From the NCBI GenBank assembly GCA_047967505.1, contig CM106538.1: DNA of 64,000 bases; one strand, given 5' to 3'. The notes beneath the pieces are model-generated. The model was not told where the DNA came from, ran no database searches, and saw only the letters and a list, made by a program, of their open reading frames with translations. Position numbers and translations under genes: made by a program. Of the stretch, positions 22,898 to 35,756 are shown one piece after another (the stretch's first letter is position 1; each line of letters begins with the position of its first letter). This DNA is from Dipteris shenzhenensis. Taxonomy: Eukaryota.

Positions 22898-23829
22898 TGT
22901 GTAGCACCCCTAACTACCTATCGAGGTAAACATATAGAAAAGCATCTAAGATCTGATATCAAATGGAGACAAACAATTTGGAATGGAAATACATAGTGTA
23001 GATACAAAACATAGAGACTACAACAAGAACTCCCATCTATTGCAAAATCCATTATGAATGTATGAATGAACACAAGAGTCCGCAGACTACTGTATGGACC
23101 CTTCAAGAGTCACTAGCAATTGACTACCAGAAAAGTAGTTGCCATGCCTGCATTTCTTGGTATTCTTGGCTAACCCTGTGAGTGTTAATGCCTTAACAAG
23201 TTTCTCAACCATCATGCTAACACATAGTTGTTCCCATACAGTACATAGTAGTTATAGCAGTGTTTATCATATCTAAGCATTTCTATGTATTCCACATAGC
23301 AGTTATAGTATTGCTATCTATGAAACAGAGGTATAAAACCAGTATAATGATGGCTATATAGTAGTTAGCATAGGTAGCACTTAGCTTGGCCCTTCAATAG
23401 TATTAAATAACATTGCTAATCTATCAATTTGATCTACAAGACAAACAATTACCACAGTTTTTGATTTTCATTATATGACTGCTTGCTTGACACTTGCCAA
23501 ATGTTGAAGGGAGACAATGCTCACTTGTGGATTTTGATGCTATAGGTGGAGCTGTATTTGAGGTTCAAGTCAATGTTTTTGGATGCACAAACTGGTGAAC
23601 GTTCTTTCAAACACTTGACACCATTCTTTGTCAGGAAACTAAAAGATAAATTATGTGTTGTTCCATCTATCACGTGGACATGATGTTCTATAAAGATGCA
23701 ATAAATCGTATTCACTCTAAAAGTTTTGGATTTCATGGGAAGTCTTGTACATATAACTATCCTATTTGTTTTACTCAAGATCAATCAAGTGGATGTGGGC
23801 CCATAAGCACACATACAGTGGTGTGACAA

Positions 23830-24074
23830 TCATGTTGGAGTCTATTCTATGACCCAAATTAGTCCATGGGGTTTTCCATAATTTGAAGTGCTTGAAAGGG
23901 GATTGCATGATGTGTGGAACAAAAAAAATGACTATCTATCCTCGTGAGCAGTCTTCCACAGAACATCTAGTTAAAATTAACTTTAAAAAAAATGTAGATG
24001 CAGATTTGAATGACCAGGGAAAGAAGAAAACCAGGAAGGTATTGACATACAAGGAGGTTGAGGGAAGGTATTGA
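23830..24074 (+). mobile_element. Possible DNA-transposon transposase fragment (Cys-rich)
   Basis: LKCLKGDCMMCG...GKKKTRKVL resembles C-x2-G-x-C-x2-C segments of some DDE (Sola-like) transposases. Family assignment is inference. Confidence 0.3.
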
Positions 24075-24138
24075 CATACATGGAGGTTGAAGTGTCTACT
24101 GCTGAAGATGTGAAACACAAGCGAGAGAACTAATAAAG

Positions 24139-24207
<69 letters not shown>

Positions 24208-24435
24208 GCACACAATATAGCTACCTGTATACCATGTTGTATTGAACATAAGTATGAATATATAGTTAAAATTAACTTTTAAAAAAATGTAGATGCAGAT
24301 TTGAATGACCAGGGAAAGAAGAAAACCAGGAAGGTATTGACATACAAGTAGGTTGAAGGAAGGTATTGACATACATGGAGGTTGAAGTGTCTACTGCTGA
24401 AGATGTGAAACACAAGCGAGAGAACTAATAAAGTG

Positions 24436-24503
<68 letters not shown>

Positions 24504-24562
24504 GTGCACACAATATAGCTACCTGTATACCATGTTGTATTGAACATAAGTATGAATATATA
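23968..24562. repeat. ~295-bp tandem duplication containing (GA)n and spanning an LTR/host junction
   Basis: Units start at 23968 and 24263 and are near identical. Confidence 0.93.
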
Positions 24563-27500
24563 CATGAGTACCCCTTAGGGTTAGGGTTTTCCCTTCATGC
24601 CCTATCTAGATAGTGCAATTTACACTATCCTCAACACCCTCTTAAATTGAACAAGGTAGTAGAGGGCACATGTACAAGATCTTTTTGTGTTTCATTTGGT
24701 GCATATGATAGCATCCCAAACTAAAAAATAAAACTGGAAAGAATCAAAGTAGTATGTGCATGTGTGAGCACATTGACTACGTAGAGGAATCATATACAAT
24801 CAGTTCAACTTATGATCCTATAAATAGATGTACATTGCCCCCTCTTAAGTTGTGGGTCATCCTTTTCCTTTGGGAATAAAACCAAGAAAACAGGATAAAG
24901 GGAAGAGAAAGGAAATATACAAAAAGTAAATTCCACCTTGATCAAAGACTGGTTGATCAAAAGATGACTACGTACATGATTGTATGTATGGCTGTGTGCT
25001 GAACATGTCATAAGTTGCCATGGACTGTGCAGCTTCTCTATAGAAGATGCATTCGGATCTGAGGCTATTCAATGTAGCTATGGAAGCATTCAGTAGGTTG
25101 AAAAGAACTAACAGTAATGGTGGAGGTATGTTGCAGTAAAGTAATCTCTATCTTATGATGTGGCATCAAAGAAGACTGCATAGTTGGTGTGGATAGAGTG
25201 ATCCAGGGGCTCCATCAAAGCTAAGGCCGAAGGTGCAGGTATGATACTCTGCTCTACTGAAGAAGAGGCCCGTAAAACTAACAAGGCATGGTGGCCTATC
25301 AAACCTAATGTGTGCATGGCTAAGCATCCATCGGCATAGGATGTAGCATCTATCAAAGACTCATCAAGTAGGAGCTGACAATATAAAGGCCTAGAAGCTT
25401 GAAACACAACTAAAATATCATAAGATATCCCAGAAGCATATGAGGTGCCGAATGTTGATGTCGGGATAGATATGTAGTCCTAATTCCACCCACTAATCTA
25501 ATGCAATGATGCATAAATATCCTCATCTTGAGGAATGATCTACTGATTGACGGAGGTGGCGATCACTGGGATGCAAGGGTGGTACAATGTGGCATAGCTG
25601 AGCTGATGTTGGAATGTCTTATAGATTGATATTCTAATCCGTACTACTTGTGGAACTACTTGTGGAATTTGTGTCCAAGGATGTAGTATGCTCCATGTCA
25701 AAGTGAAGGCATTAGTGATGGAAGCTCAAATGGAATCACTTGAGGAGTTGAATGCACTATGGCATATATCTGCACATGCTACTGGAGATGTGAGTGCCTC
25801 GTATTGTGATGACTTACATATTGAATAATTGCATTATCAATGAACTGCTGCTACTTATCAGCATTTGGTAAGATAGTAAATGGAGTCAGATCCATGCATG
25901 AAAGTGATTGTTGTACATCACTAGAATCACACTGTGTTGATGTACATGGGATTGCCTTGTGCTAAGGGCATACCGTCAAATGTGCCTCAGGCTGAGGGAT
26001 TACCAAGAAATGTGCATGATAAAAAACTATGGTTTGATCCATGCTAATGTGTGGAACATCTGTGTCCAATCTCTCAAGCCCAACGAGGCTTGAGTCTACA
26101 TCATAGACTGGTACGTATCCTATGGCAATGAATGGTTGAAGTAGATTCTCTTTTCGTTCATGTATCTCATCTAGAGTCATGACTGGTGTATCATCAAATG
26201 CGTGAAGTGAAGAACTCCATGCTAGAGGTAGTCTAATGCTATGTGCAAGAGGCTTAACCATGTACTGACAAGAGGGTCTACCCATGAGAACACTGTAAAA
26301 GCTGCCACTAGGGCTTACACTTGAGCTACCACTGGGGGCTTACGCTAATCTGTAAGTCTGAACCCAATCATGTGATGGAAGGATTGTTTTGTGCCAAGGA
26401 TCAGACTTGTAGTAAGGTGATGACAATTGTGTGTTGCGAGTAGCCAAGAGGTTGTACAAGGTTGATGTGTATCTTTAGGAACCAATGCCAAAAAGTGGTC
26501 AACAATGTGTGACTTTACATGGGTGGCATGTGTCTGTGCAAATGTGCACAAATTTGAATCCAAGGAGGATCACTCTGCCAAGTGCCAAACTAACATGCTG
26601 AACGTTTGAATGTCGAGAGTATTAATGAACTGGTGTCATATGTGTGAATGTGTACACTAATGATAGATGCGATGGGATTGATGCCAATGGGAGCTAATTG
26701 GTGGAGTTTAATCTCCTCTATGGTAGTTCTAGTCTATAGATAGACTACACACGTCAAAGCACAAAATGTAAGAAATGAATTTATATGGATTCATTTTATG
26801 TATTGGGTGGCTGTAATGGTTCACAAAGTGGTTTCAATGATGAGGATTCAATGATGCTGACCTATTTCAAATTAAAAAAGAAAAGTTACGGCTCCCGGGA
26901 GGATGGCCAAACTTCGAGCACAAGAGAGTGGTAAAAAATGATGATGTGGATGGAAGGTGATGTGGTAGTGTGGGTCACATGCTATGTGCAAAGGTGTGCC
27001 TATGTGCCATTAAGTGCTGAGGTGGTGCATGGTGACATGGCACTATGTGTTCACATGCAACAACAAAAAGGTGCCTATGGAGAGGCAAGTGTGCCTCAAT
27101 AGGGCTGTGCCACATGGCATGCTAGGGTGGTGAATGCTAACATGGCATTGCCTTTGTGGATGCTGTGTGCACAGATGATGTGGTAGTGCCATGTGTCTTG
27201 CTAACGTTACAATAAGATAAGGTGCCACATGTCCCTTTGTAGTGGTGCCACGTGTCCCTTACAAGTGGTGCCACATGTGCACTAAGCTAACCAACCCTAT
27301 CCATTGGTTGACTTGGGTTAGTCTTAGTTAGTTTGAGCCAACCTCTTATCTTCAGGGACTACCACGTGTTAATCAATGAGGTGACTAATCCATGTGCCAC
27401 TCTATTGGCCAGTCTAGTGTGGATAGAATTCTTTGGAATCTACTAGATTTTGACAAAATATTCAGAGAATCGTTGGAATATATCGAGGTGCTAATGGAAT

Positions 27501-28099
27501 CTATGAAAGATTCCATTGATGAAGGTTCTCTTGTTACTATTCTCTGTGCATGCTGTGCATGTTTGTGTCGCCAGTGTGGAGTTTGCGAGGGTGACTGTTG
27601 GGCTTGTTGTTGAGTTTGTAGGACGCTGGAGCTCATCATTTGGGACAGCATTGTAGAGGTCATTGTGGAGCTAAAAGAGCATTTATTGGGATGGTGCTTG
27701 GTCATTTAGCCATACAGATGATGTAGTGTTTGTAGACTATTTTCCACAGAGGCGATGCGGTGTTGGAAGTTTGGTTCTGTTGGCTCGTAGGTCACTTGTG
27801 TTGGATGCTAGAGCTCGACGGCTATGCTTGACGTAAGAGCCATGAAGTCATTACTAGGAAGCATGAAGAGGAAGATGATCTCTACAAGAAGAGAAAAAGA
27901 AGTGAAGAAGGTGCCTTAGATGGAGGGCTTATGCCTTGACTAAACCAAGGGCTTACACACTCTCTCGGAAAACTCTCTCACGAAGATCTCACACTCGGAG
28001 GAGTGTGCCTTGCAGAAAGAGGGCTTGGTGCCTTGGCAAGATGCAAGGGCTTGGAAGCACCTGGTGCTCTGATACCATGATCAAGTGGGGGGAGATAGA

Positions 28100-28168
<69 letters not shown>

Positions 28169-28311
28169 GAGTGCACATGATATAGCTACCTATACACTAT
28201 GTTGTATTGAACATAAATAAAAATATATATACATGAGTACCCCTTAGGGTTAGAGTTAGGATTTTTCCCTAATGCCCTGTCTAGATAGTGAAATTTACAC
28301 TATCCTCAACA
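24426..28311 (-). mobile_element. Non-coding, non-autonomous LTR retrotransposon (LARD/TRIM-like, 3886 bp)
   Basis: LTRs at 28078-28311 and 24426-24636, both with (GA)n. TSD AGAAC (24421-25 / 28312-16), PBS TGGTATCAGAGC (28066-77, minus), PPT at 24637-43. No recognisable gag/pol ORF. Confidence 0.85.
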
Positions 28312-28879
28312 AGAACTAGGAGGAAAAGTAGGACCGCAAGCAACAAAGTTCGTTTAGGCAATAAAGATGCCATTGGTTACCTATTGCCATGGATGGAACC
28401 AAACTTGAAAATGGGTGAAGTGCCAGCAGGAGAACTAGGAGGAAAAGTAGGAGAATCCTATACTCATAAATTACAAGAAGGGTCAATGCATGATTAGGTG
28501 TATCCACTCATGAAACTATTTTAGGCGTAGTTTTGGGGCCATAACACCAAGCACTGTTGGGTGATATTTTGAGTTTTGGGTGGGCTCATGCTCTTATTGG
28601 AAATTTTCCCGATGTAATGATTGCCTTACAAGCATAGTCTCTGTGCTGCATCTTTGTACATTAGACTGTCCATAGTCTATCCTATCATCTACCTGCAACT
28701 CGTTGCTAGCTGTCATACCCACAGCTCGCTAGCTATCATCTACCTATAGCTTGCAACTTGTCATCTATCTATAGCTTACCACATGTAATCTATGTGTAGC
28801 TCATCCATGCTGATCTAGATTTGAAACTCTTACATTGGCTTGGTGTGAACACCATGCTAGTTCTTGGAGGTTGCTGTAG

Positions 28880-29990
28880 CTACTCCTAATTAAACCAAAG
28901 AAAATGTAATTGCATTAATTGGTTGGGTCATGTGAGATCTGCTTTGGAGTCCTACAATTGTTCATATATTTTAAAGAGTTTTAAACAAGTGGTTAAAAGT
29001 TAATCCTAAATGAAGGGAAAGGTATTTCCTTGTGCAACCACTACGTTTGTTATATTTTAGTGAGGGTTGTAGCTAATCCTAAACCAAGGAAGATGTATTT
29101 CCTTGCAGCAGTCGTGCTGGTTAAACATTTTCCTTCATTTAAAAGTGAATCCTAAATGAAGGAAAATGTGTTTTCTTGCACAACCACCATGATGGTTCTA
29201 TTTTAGTGGGGCTTCTTACACTGGTTCTTGGAACTATTTCCGTGTTACTTGTAGTTAATTCTAAAACCAAGGAAAATGTATTTTCTTGTGCAACACTAAT
29301 TCTATTTTAGTGTGGGCTGCAGTTTATCCTAAAACAACGAAAATGTATGTCATTGCAACTACCGCACTGGTTCTTGGAAATATTTTAGTGCTACTTGTAG
29401 TTAATCCTAAAACCAAGAAAAATGTGTTTTCGTGTGCACCAATTAACAATTAGAAACACCGTTACCAGCAATGACTATGATAATTGTATTGATTATATTA
29501 AAGTTAAAACTTAAAAGAGATTACACTTGGTGAGTATAACAACTTGGCCATTGCTGAGAGAAAAAGTTGAACAAAGATATTACATCCAAAGACAATTTAT
29601 AACAACTCAACAATTATTGAGAGATTCATCGAGAAAAAAACGAACAAAGGAGATTACATTTACATCCAAAGATGGTTTATAAAAACTTACAACTCAGTAA
29701 TTGCTTAGAGCCTCATGGAAAAAAAATTAAACAAAGATATTACATTAATAAAAAATCAACAATTGCTGAGAGCCATAGAGTCCAAAAGATTGCATCATTG
29801 AGCAAAAATAGAACAAAGAGATTACATGTACATCCAAAGATAGTTCATACAAACTAACAAGTCAACAATTGTTGAGACCCTGAACAAATGCGATTACACT
29901 TAGCAATTGCTGAGAGCCTTAGAGCCCAAAAGATTACATTCAATGAGGATAACCACTTAGCCATTGCTGAGTAGTTATGAGCCTCATTGA
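28880..29990. repeat. Two blocks of diverged minisatellite-like repeats
   Basis: AATCCTAAA..AAGGAAAATGTATTT.CTTGTGCAACCAC recurs over ~28880-29440. AATTGCTGAGAG..AACAAAGA.ATTACAT recurs over ~29540-29990. Confidence 0.75.
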
Positions 29991-30691
29991 GCAAACGTTC
30001 CAAAGAGGATATTTGTGCAAATCAGTATTACTAATTGCTGATAGACTGCTATATATTTATGCATTCACATAAGCCAGCCCCAGCTTACTGCATCCAAATT
30101 TTTGGGGAGCCGATAGAGGAGAGAATGGAGAGATGCACAAATTCAAGACTCAGAATTCAACCCCCCAAATTCATTAGAAAATTGTGCTATGAAAATCCTT
30201 AGCCCTTCATCAACGTTTGCAAGGAATCCATAGAGCATAGCCATAAAGAAGTTAGTTGTGTGCATGCCATCCAAGGTGGTGATATGGAGATGTGGGGGAG
30301 ATTACAAATACATTCTACAAGAGCAGGCATTTCACATCCTGGCAAGTGCAACACAATGACCTTGTATGAGAGAGAAGACAAGATTGGGATCACATTGTAT
30401 CAAGTAGGGTTATTAAAGTTGGATGCATTTCCTATAGTTCTTGGCATGGTGAAAAGACAGATCCAATATTTGGACATTTGCCTTAGAAAGTGGCTTCTGT
30501 GCAATAATTTTGGCTTTTGTCCTATAATTGATACATTTTATTATGTACAATTACTACATTTCATTTTGTACCTTTCTTGGTACAACTTATTTTGTTTTAA
30601 GGCACACTTGGTTTAGTTGGCATAAAGGACCAACCTGTTTTCAAGGAAATGTTCTTTTTTATATAATGGATAATAAAACATTATGATAATA

Positions 30692-31230
30692 TGTAGATGA
30701 CAAAATATGAAGAGGGGAGAGGAGAAGAGTGGAGATGAGGAGAGAAGGCACAACTAGAGAGCACACCATAAAGAACTAACTGTACACTAGATTTAGTTAA
30801 AAATGTAGAATATATACAAAACCATTTAGGGTTAGGGTTAGGGCATCTAACCCTTTCCTTTATAGCACTCTATTGGGTTAGTGCTATGCACATATGATCA
30901 CATGATGTTAAGCGTGATCTCTCAACACCTTCCCTCAAGATCAACATCATGAAGTAGGAAAAAATATGAAGAGAGGAGAGGAGAAGAGTGGAGATGAGGA
31001 GAGAGGGCACAGCTAGAGAGCGCACCACAAATGACTAACTATACACTAGATTTAGTTGAAAATGTAGAATATATACAAATCCATTTAGGGTTAGGGTTAG
31101 GGCATCAATCCTTTCCTTTATAGCACTCTATTGGGTTAGTGCTATGCACATATGATCACATGATGTTGAGCGTGGTCTCTCAACTCCTTCCCTCAAGATC
31201 AACGTCATGACGTAGGCCTTCCCTCAAGAT
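30692..31230 (-). repeat. Copia 3' LTR (30692-30927) plus a tandem duplicate (period 259 bp)
   Basis: Copies start at 30702 and 30961. The PPT block CCTTCCCTCAAGAT occurs at 30928, 31187 and 31218. Each LTR copy holds TTTAGGG(TTAGGG)2. Confidence 0.88.
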
Positions 31231-31273
31231 GATGATTCTGGGGAATCAAAGAAGGAATGAACAATACATTCCA

Positions 31274-34200
31274 TCACACCCCTTTAATGGGAATGTCCTT
31301 CCTCTTAGTCAAACCAAGAGCTTGTCGGTGTTTCTCAAAAAGCTCTTTACCGAGTGGTTTGGTAAAGATATCTACAACATTCTCTTTGCTATCACAATGC
31401 TGTAGTGTGATGTCACCAAGTAACACTCTTTCTCTGATGAAGTGCTCTTTGACATCAATGTGCTTTGTCCTGGAGTGATATACTTGATTCTTGGCCAAGT
31501 ATATTGCTGTTGGATTTGATTCATCAAAGTAATCTATTTCTGACAATAGTCTTCTGAGCCATATAGCCTGACATGCACCTGCTAGTGAGTGCTCCATATG
31601 TTGCTTTAGTCGAAGACAAAGAAATAGTTGGCTGTTTGTTTGACAACCATGATATAGCACTTTGACCAAGGAAAAATGCATATCCTTGTGTGGATCTCTT
31701 GGTCTCATGATCTCCGGCATAGTCACTGTCACAGTATTCATCCAACCATGGATGACTTCCTCTGTATTCTATGCCAAACTGTCTAGTACCTCTGATGTAT
31801 CTCAAGACTCTTTTGGCTGCATTCCAATGAGTCTGTTTTGGATTTGCCATGAACTATGCAAGTGAGCTTCCTGCATAACAAATATCTGGTAGTGTGATAG
31901 TCAGATATATAAGAGATCCAATGAGCTGCCCGTAGTAGCTATCATTGACCGTAGGCTTTTTTGAATCTTTTGCAAGTTTCAAACTCTATTGGGAGTGGTT
32001 GCAATCTTGCAATTTGCCATATGAAACTTCTTCAGGAGACTGTGCACATATTTGAGCTGAGCTAGTACACATTCCATCTGCTAAGTGTCACTAGTGATAT
32101 CAAGAACTGTATGGAATCCATTTTTGCTACTAGAGCATAAGTCTCATCATAATCTTGACCATATTGCTGTGCAAATCCTTTTCCAACTAGCCTGGCTTTG
32201 TATCTTTGAATACTTCCATCTAGATTGTACTTCACTTTCTATACCCATTTGTTTGCTATGGCCTTCTTTCCTGGTGGAAGGTTGCATAATTCCCAAGTAT
32301 TATTCTTGTACAAAGCATCCATTTTTTCATTCATAGCAGTTTTCCATTCTGGCTTGTCTACTACATCTTTGAAGTACATTGGCTCTTCTGTAGCCATGGT
32401 GGTAGTCATAAGAGCATAGTTGGTGGTTTCAACCTGAATTGCTTTGCCTTTATGAGCATATGTCAATTTGGCTAGTGGTTTGCTTTCCCTAGTAAACCAT
32501 TTGAGCTGCTATGGCTCTGCTTGGGACGTTTCTGGCAATTCTTGCTCTTCTTCATCAACCATTTCTGTAGATGACCGTGAAATCGGTGCATCTATCTCCT
32601 GTGTGTTTGAGGTTTTCCATTCTGATTCCTCATCAAAGATTACATCTTTGGAGATAATGACCTTACGGTTGATGGGATCATACAACTTGTATGCTCTACT
32701 TTCTTCATTGTAGCCAACCATGATGCATTTGCGTGACTTCACATCCAAATTCCTACGTGATGACCATCACGTATGTGGGCATATGCTATGCAACCAAATA
32801 TGCGGAGATGCCCAATGTGTGGCTTGTGTCCTATGAATGCTTCATAAGGTGTCATACCCTGAAGTGGTTGGGTAGGAAGCCGATTAAGCAATAGTTTATA
32901 GTGGCTATTTCTTCTGCCCAATACTGATTCAAAAGATGCTTCTCACTAAGCATTGCTCTAGCACTGTCTGCTAAAGTACCATTATTCCTTTCTGCTCTTG
33001 CATTCTGCTGAGGAGTATCTGCACAAGTGAATTGTCTTCGAATGCCATGATTTTTGCAAAAGTTCATGAATGCTGAAGACATGTATTCACCTTCTCTATC
33101 TGATCTCATGACTTTGATCTTTTTGCCTATTTGGTTGTCTACCATGGCTTTGAATTCTTGAAATCTAGAAAATAGTTTAGATTTCTCTTTCAAAAAATAG
33201 ACCCAACAATATTTGCTGTAGTCATCGATGAAAGTCAAGTAGTAAAGTGAACCATTGATGCTGCGGGTTCGGGCATAACCCCATACATTTGTATATATCA
33301 AATCAAGAATACCTCATGCTTGAGAGGTGCTTCTACCAAAGTTGGTTTGCTTTTGTTTGCCGAAGCAACATGCTTCACAATCTTTTCCAAGAAACTGTAG
33401 CTTTGGAATTCTGATTGCCATATTCTGATTCCTGAGATCCAGCAAGCTCTTGAAATTGACATGACCATATCTCTTGTGCCATTTTGCAGATAGTGGCATC
33501 TGTTGTGGTTGAGCTGACATGGCATGCTTATTTGGTACTGTAGCTAGCATTCTGTACAAGCATCCTTCCTTGACACCTTTTCCTACTAGAGCTGAAATCT
33601 TCTAGATTTTCTCTGATAGTGCATTGATCTTTGTTGAAGATGACTCGGTGGTTGTGTTCCATCATTTGACCTACTAAGAGGAGGTTATTGCTGAGCTTCA
33701 GAACGTAGAGTACATCTTTCACCAATCCTTTCGTACCAATGAAATTGTTCATAGGGATAATGCCGGTCCCTTGAACTAGATTCGGTGTATTATCTACTGC
33801 TGTGTAGATGACATTCTTTTGACCTTCTAATGGTTTCATCTTTGTGAACCATTCTTGATGATTTGTCATGTGAGATGATGCACCACTATCGATGTATGAA
33901 GGATCTTGATCTACTTGGTCGACTTGATACAGCTGAAATCCTCTTTTGGATTGCAATTAGTGTCTAGGTACACGTCTAGGTACACTGTATCAATCTTTTG
34001 CATTTCCTCGTTTGCAAGAAACATATTCCCATGTTCATTTGCAAAATGATTGTAACTAGAATTTCCACCACGGTGATTTCCTCCTCTGTGGAAATTCCCT
34101 CGATTGCTACTGGATTGATGGCCTTGGTCGTACTACTTCTTGCGGCAATCTCTTTCATAGTGTCCAAACTTATGACATTAGTTGCATTGGATGTTTGGCA

Positions 34201-35081
34201 CGTTGGTGGATGCATCCCCTTGTCCTTGGAATCTTGCTCGATTGGAATGATTTCCTCTTTGCTGATTCTGATGTTGCTGAGGATGATGCTGATTTTGTTG
34301 ATGATGACCACTTCGCTGGAATGATCTACCTCTACCTCTGCCTCTGCCTCTGCTTCTGTCTGAAGCTATGAATGCCAGATCATTAGAATGACCTTTGCGT
34401 GCATGAATGGCTTGCATCCTCAATTCTTCACCAAGTAAGACTGACTGAAGCTCTTCTAGTGTTGGTATTTTCCATTGAATGGCAATACTCTAGACTAGAT
34501 TCTCGTATCCCTCTCCTAGTCCATTCAGGATGACTTGAACCATTTCTGTTGGGTTCAAAGTCTCTCCTGCTGCTACGAGTTGATTGTTGTAGTGTTTGAT
34601 CCTGAGTATTTAAGCATGATCGGTTTTGTTGTTGTTGCAAAAACTTTGGTGGATTTGGTTTCTCAATGTGAGAACTCGTAGAGAGCTGCGAACATATCCC
34701 ATGCTTCTTTCGATGTCTTGACGGTGTTGAGTTGTCCTAGCATGACATTTTGCACATTCTGCTTGATCAGATGATATGCATACTTATCTTTCTGATCCCA
34801 TTCTGCCTGTGCTTGGGCAATGGCAGAATCTGCTACAGGTGCAGAAACTATTTGTGTAGCTGGAGATTCCGCTGTAGATCTTGCTGCTGGTGTCGCGACA
34901 ACAGGTGGCGTAGAGCTACCACTAGCTGTGGATCGTGCAATGGTCTAGGTGTAGATCCATCAACATACTCCCATTTGTCTTGAAGTACAAGAATGGTCTC
35001 CATTCAGTATTTTCATGTGCCATAATTGGAGTTGCCTAGCTTAGCATATGCCTTTGGATTGAGGTTGCTAGTTGTAGACAT
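31274..35081 (-). mobile_element. Degenerate copia gag-pol with the RT catalytic core deleted near 32085
   Basis: gag ATG 35081 (KLGNSNY..), PR YIDSGASSHMT, INT WHKRYGH / IDDYSK / MRSDREGEY, RT start KAIANKWV..YKARLV jumping to the RT C-terminus, RNase H YCDSDYAGD..STQGY..HSRTKHID. Confidence 0.9.
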
Positions 35082-35256
35082 GGTGCAAGAAATGTACTCA
35101 AAGTGTCGTGAAAATCATTGTTTGAATCAACTGCAAAACACTAACTATGGCAAGTGAAATCTAAACTGTCGATGAAGGTAGACTGCAACATATAATCCGA
35201 TCTAAATTACAAGGCTTGTGGCAAATGATGTCGGGAATAGCCAAGAGGCTTTACAA

Positions 35257-35756
35257 GGCTAAAATGTTGTGCACAATGCCGTCAGCACAGTCCCCTATGG
35301 AGAGGTAGCTGTTCCTGACAGGGGGCTGTGCTGATTGGACAGCTAAGGTGGCACAGGATGACCTAACCCAGTGTCATGATGACCCAACCATGGTCAGGCT
35401 GACTAACCTAGGGTATGGTTCACTAACCTAGGGTCAGGTTGACCAGGGTCAATTGATGACCTGTTAGATGATGTGGCAGAGGATTGTGCTTGTTGATGTG
35501 GTAAGACATGGCTGAAATGTTGTGCACAATGCCGTCAGCACAGTCCCCTGTGGAGAGGTAATTGTTCTTGATAGGGGACTGTGCTGACTGGATAGCTAAG
35601 GTGGCACAAGATGACCTAACCCAGTGTCATGCTGACCCAACCAGGCTGACTAACCTAGGGTATGGTTCACTAGCCTAGGGTTGGGTTGACCAGGGTCAGT
35701 TGATGATCTGTCAGATGATGTGGCAGAGGACTGTGCTTGTTGATGTGGTAAGACAC
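35257..35756. repeat. ~253-bp tandem duplication in the copia 5' leader
   Basis: Units start at 35257 and 35510 (GGCT.AAATGTTGTGCACAATGCCGTCAGC). Confidence 0.9.

Noticed and set aside
30825-31102. Interstitial telomere
   Set aside because: Only three units per site, and they are embedded in LTR copies.
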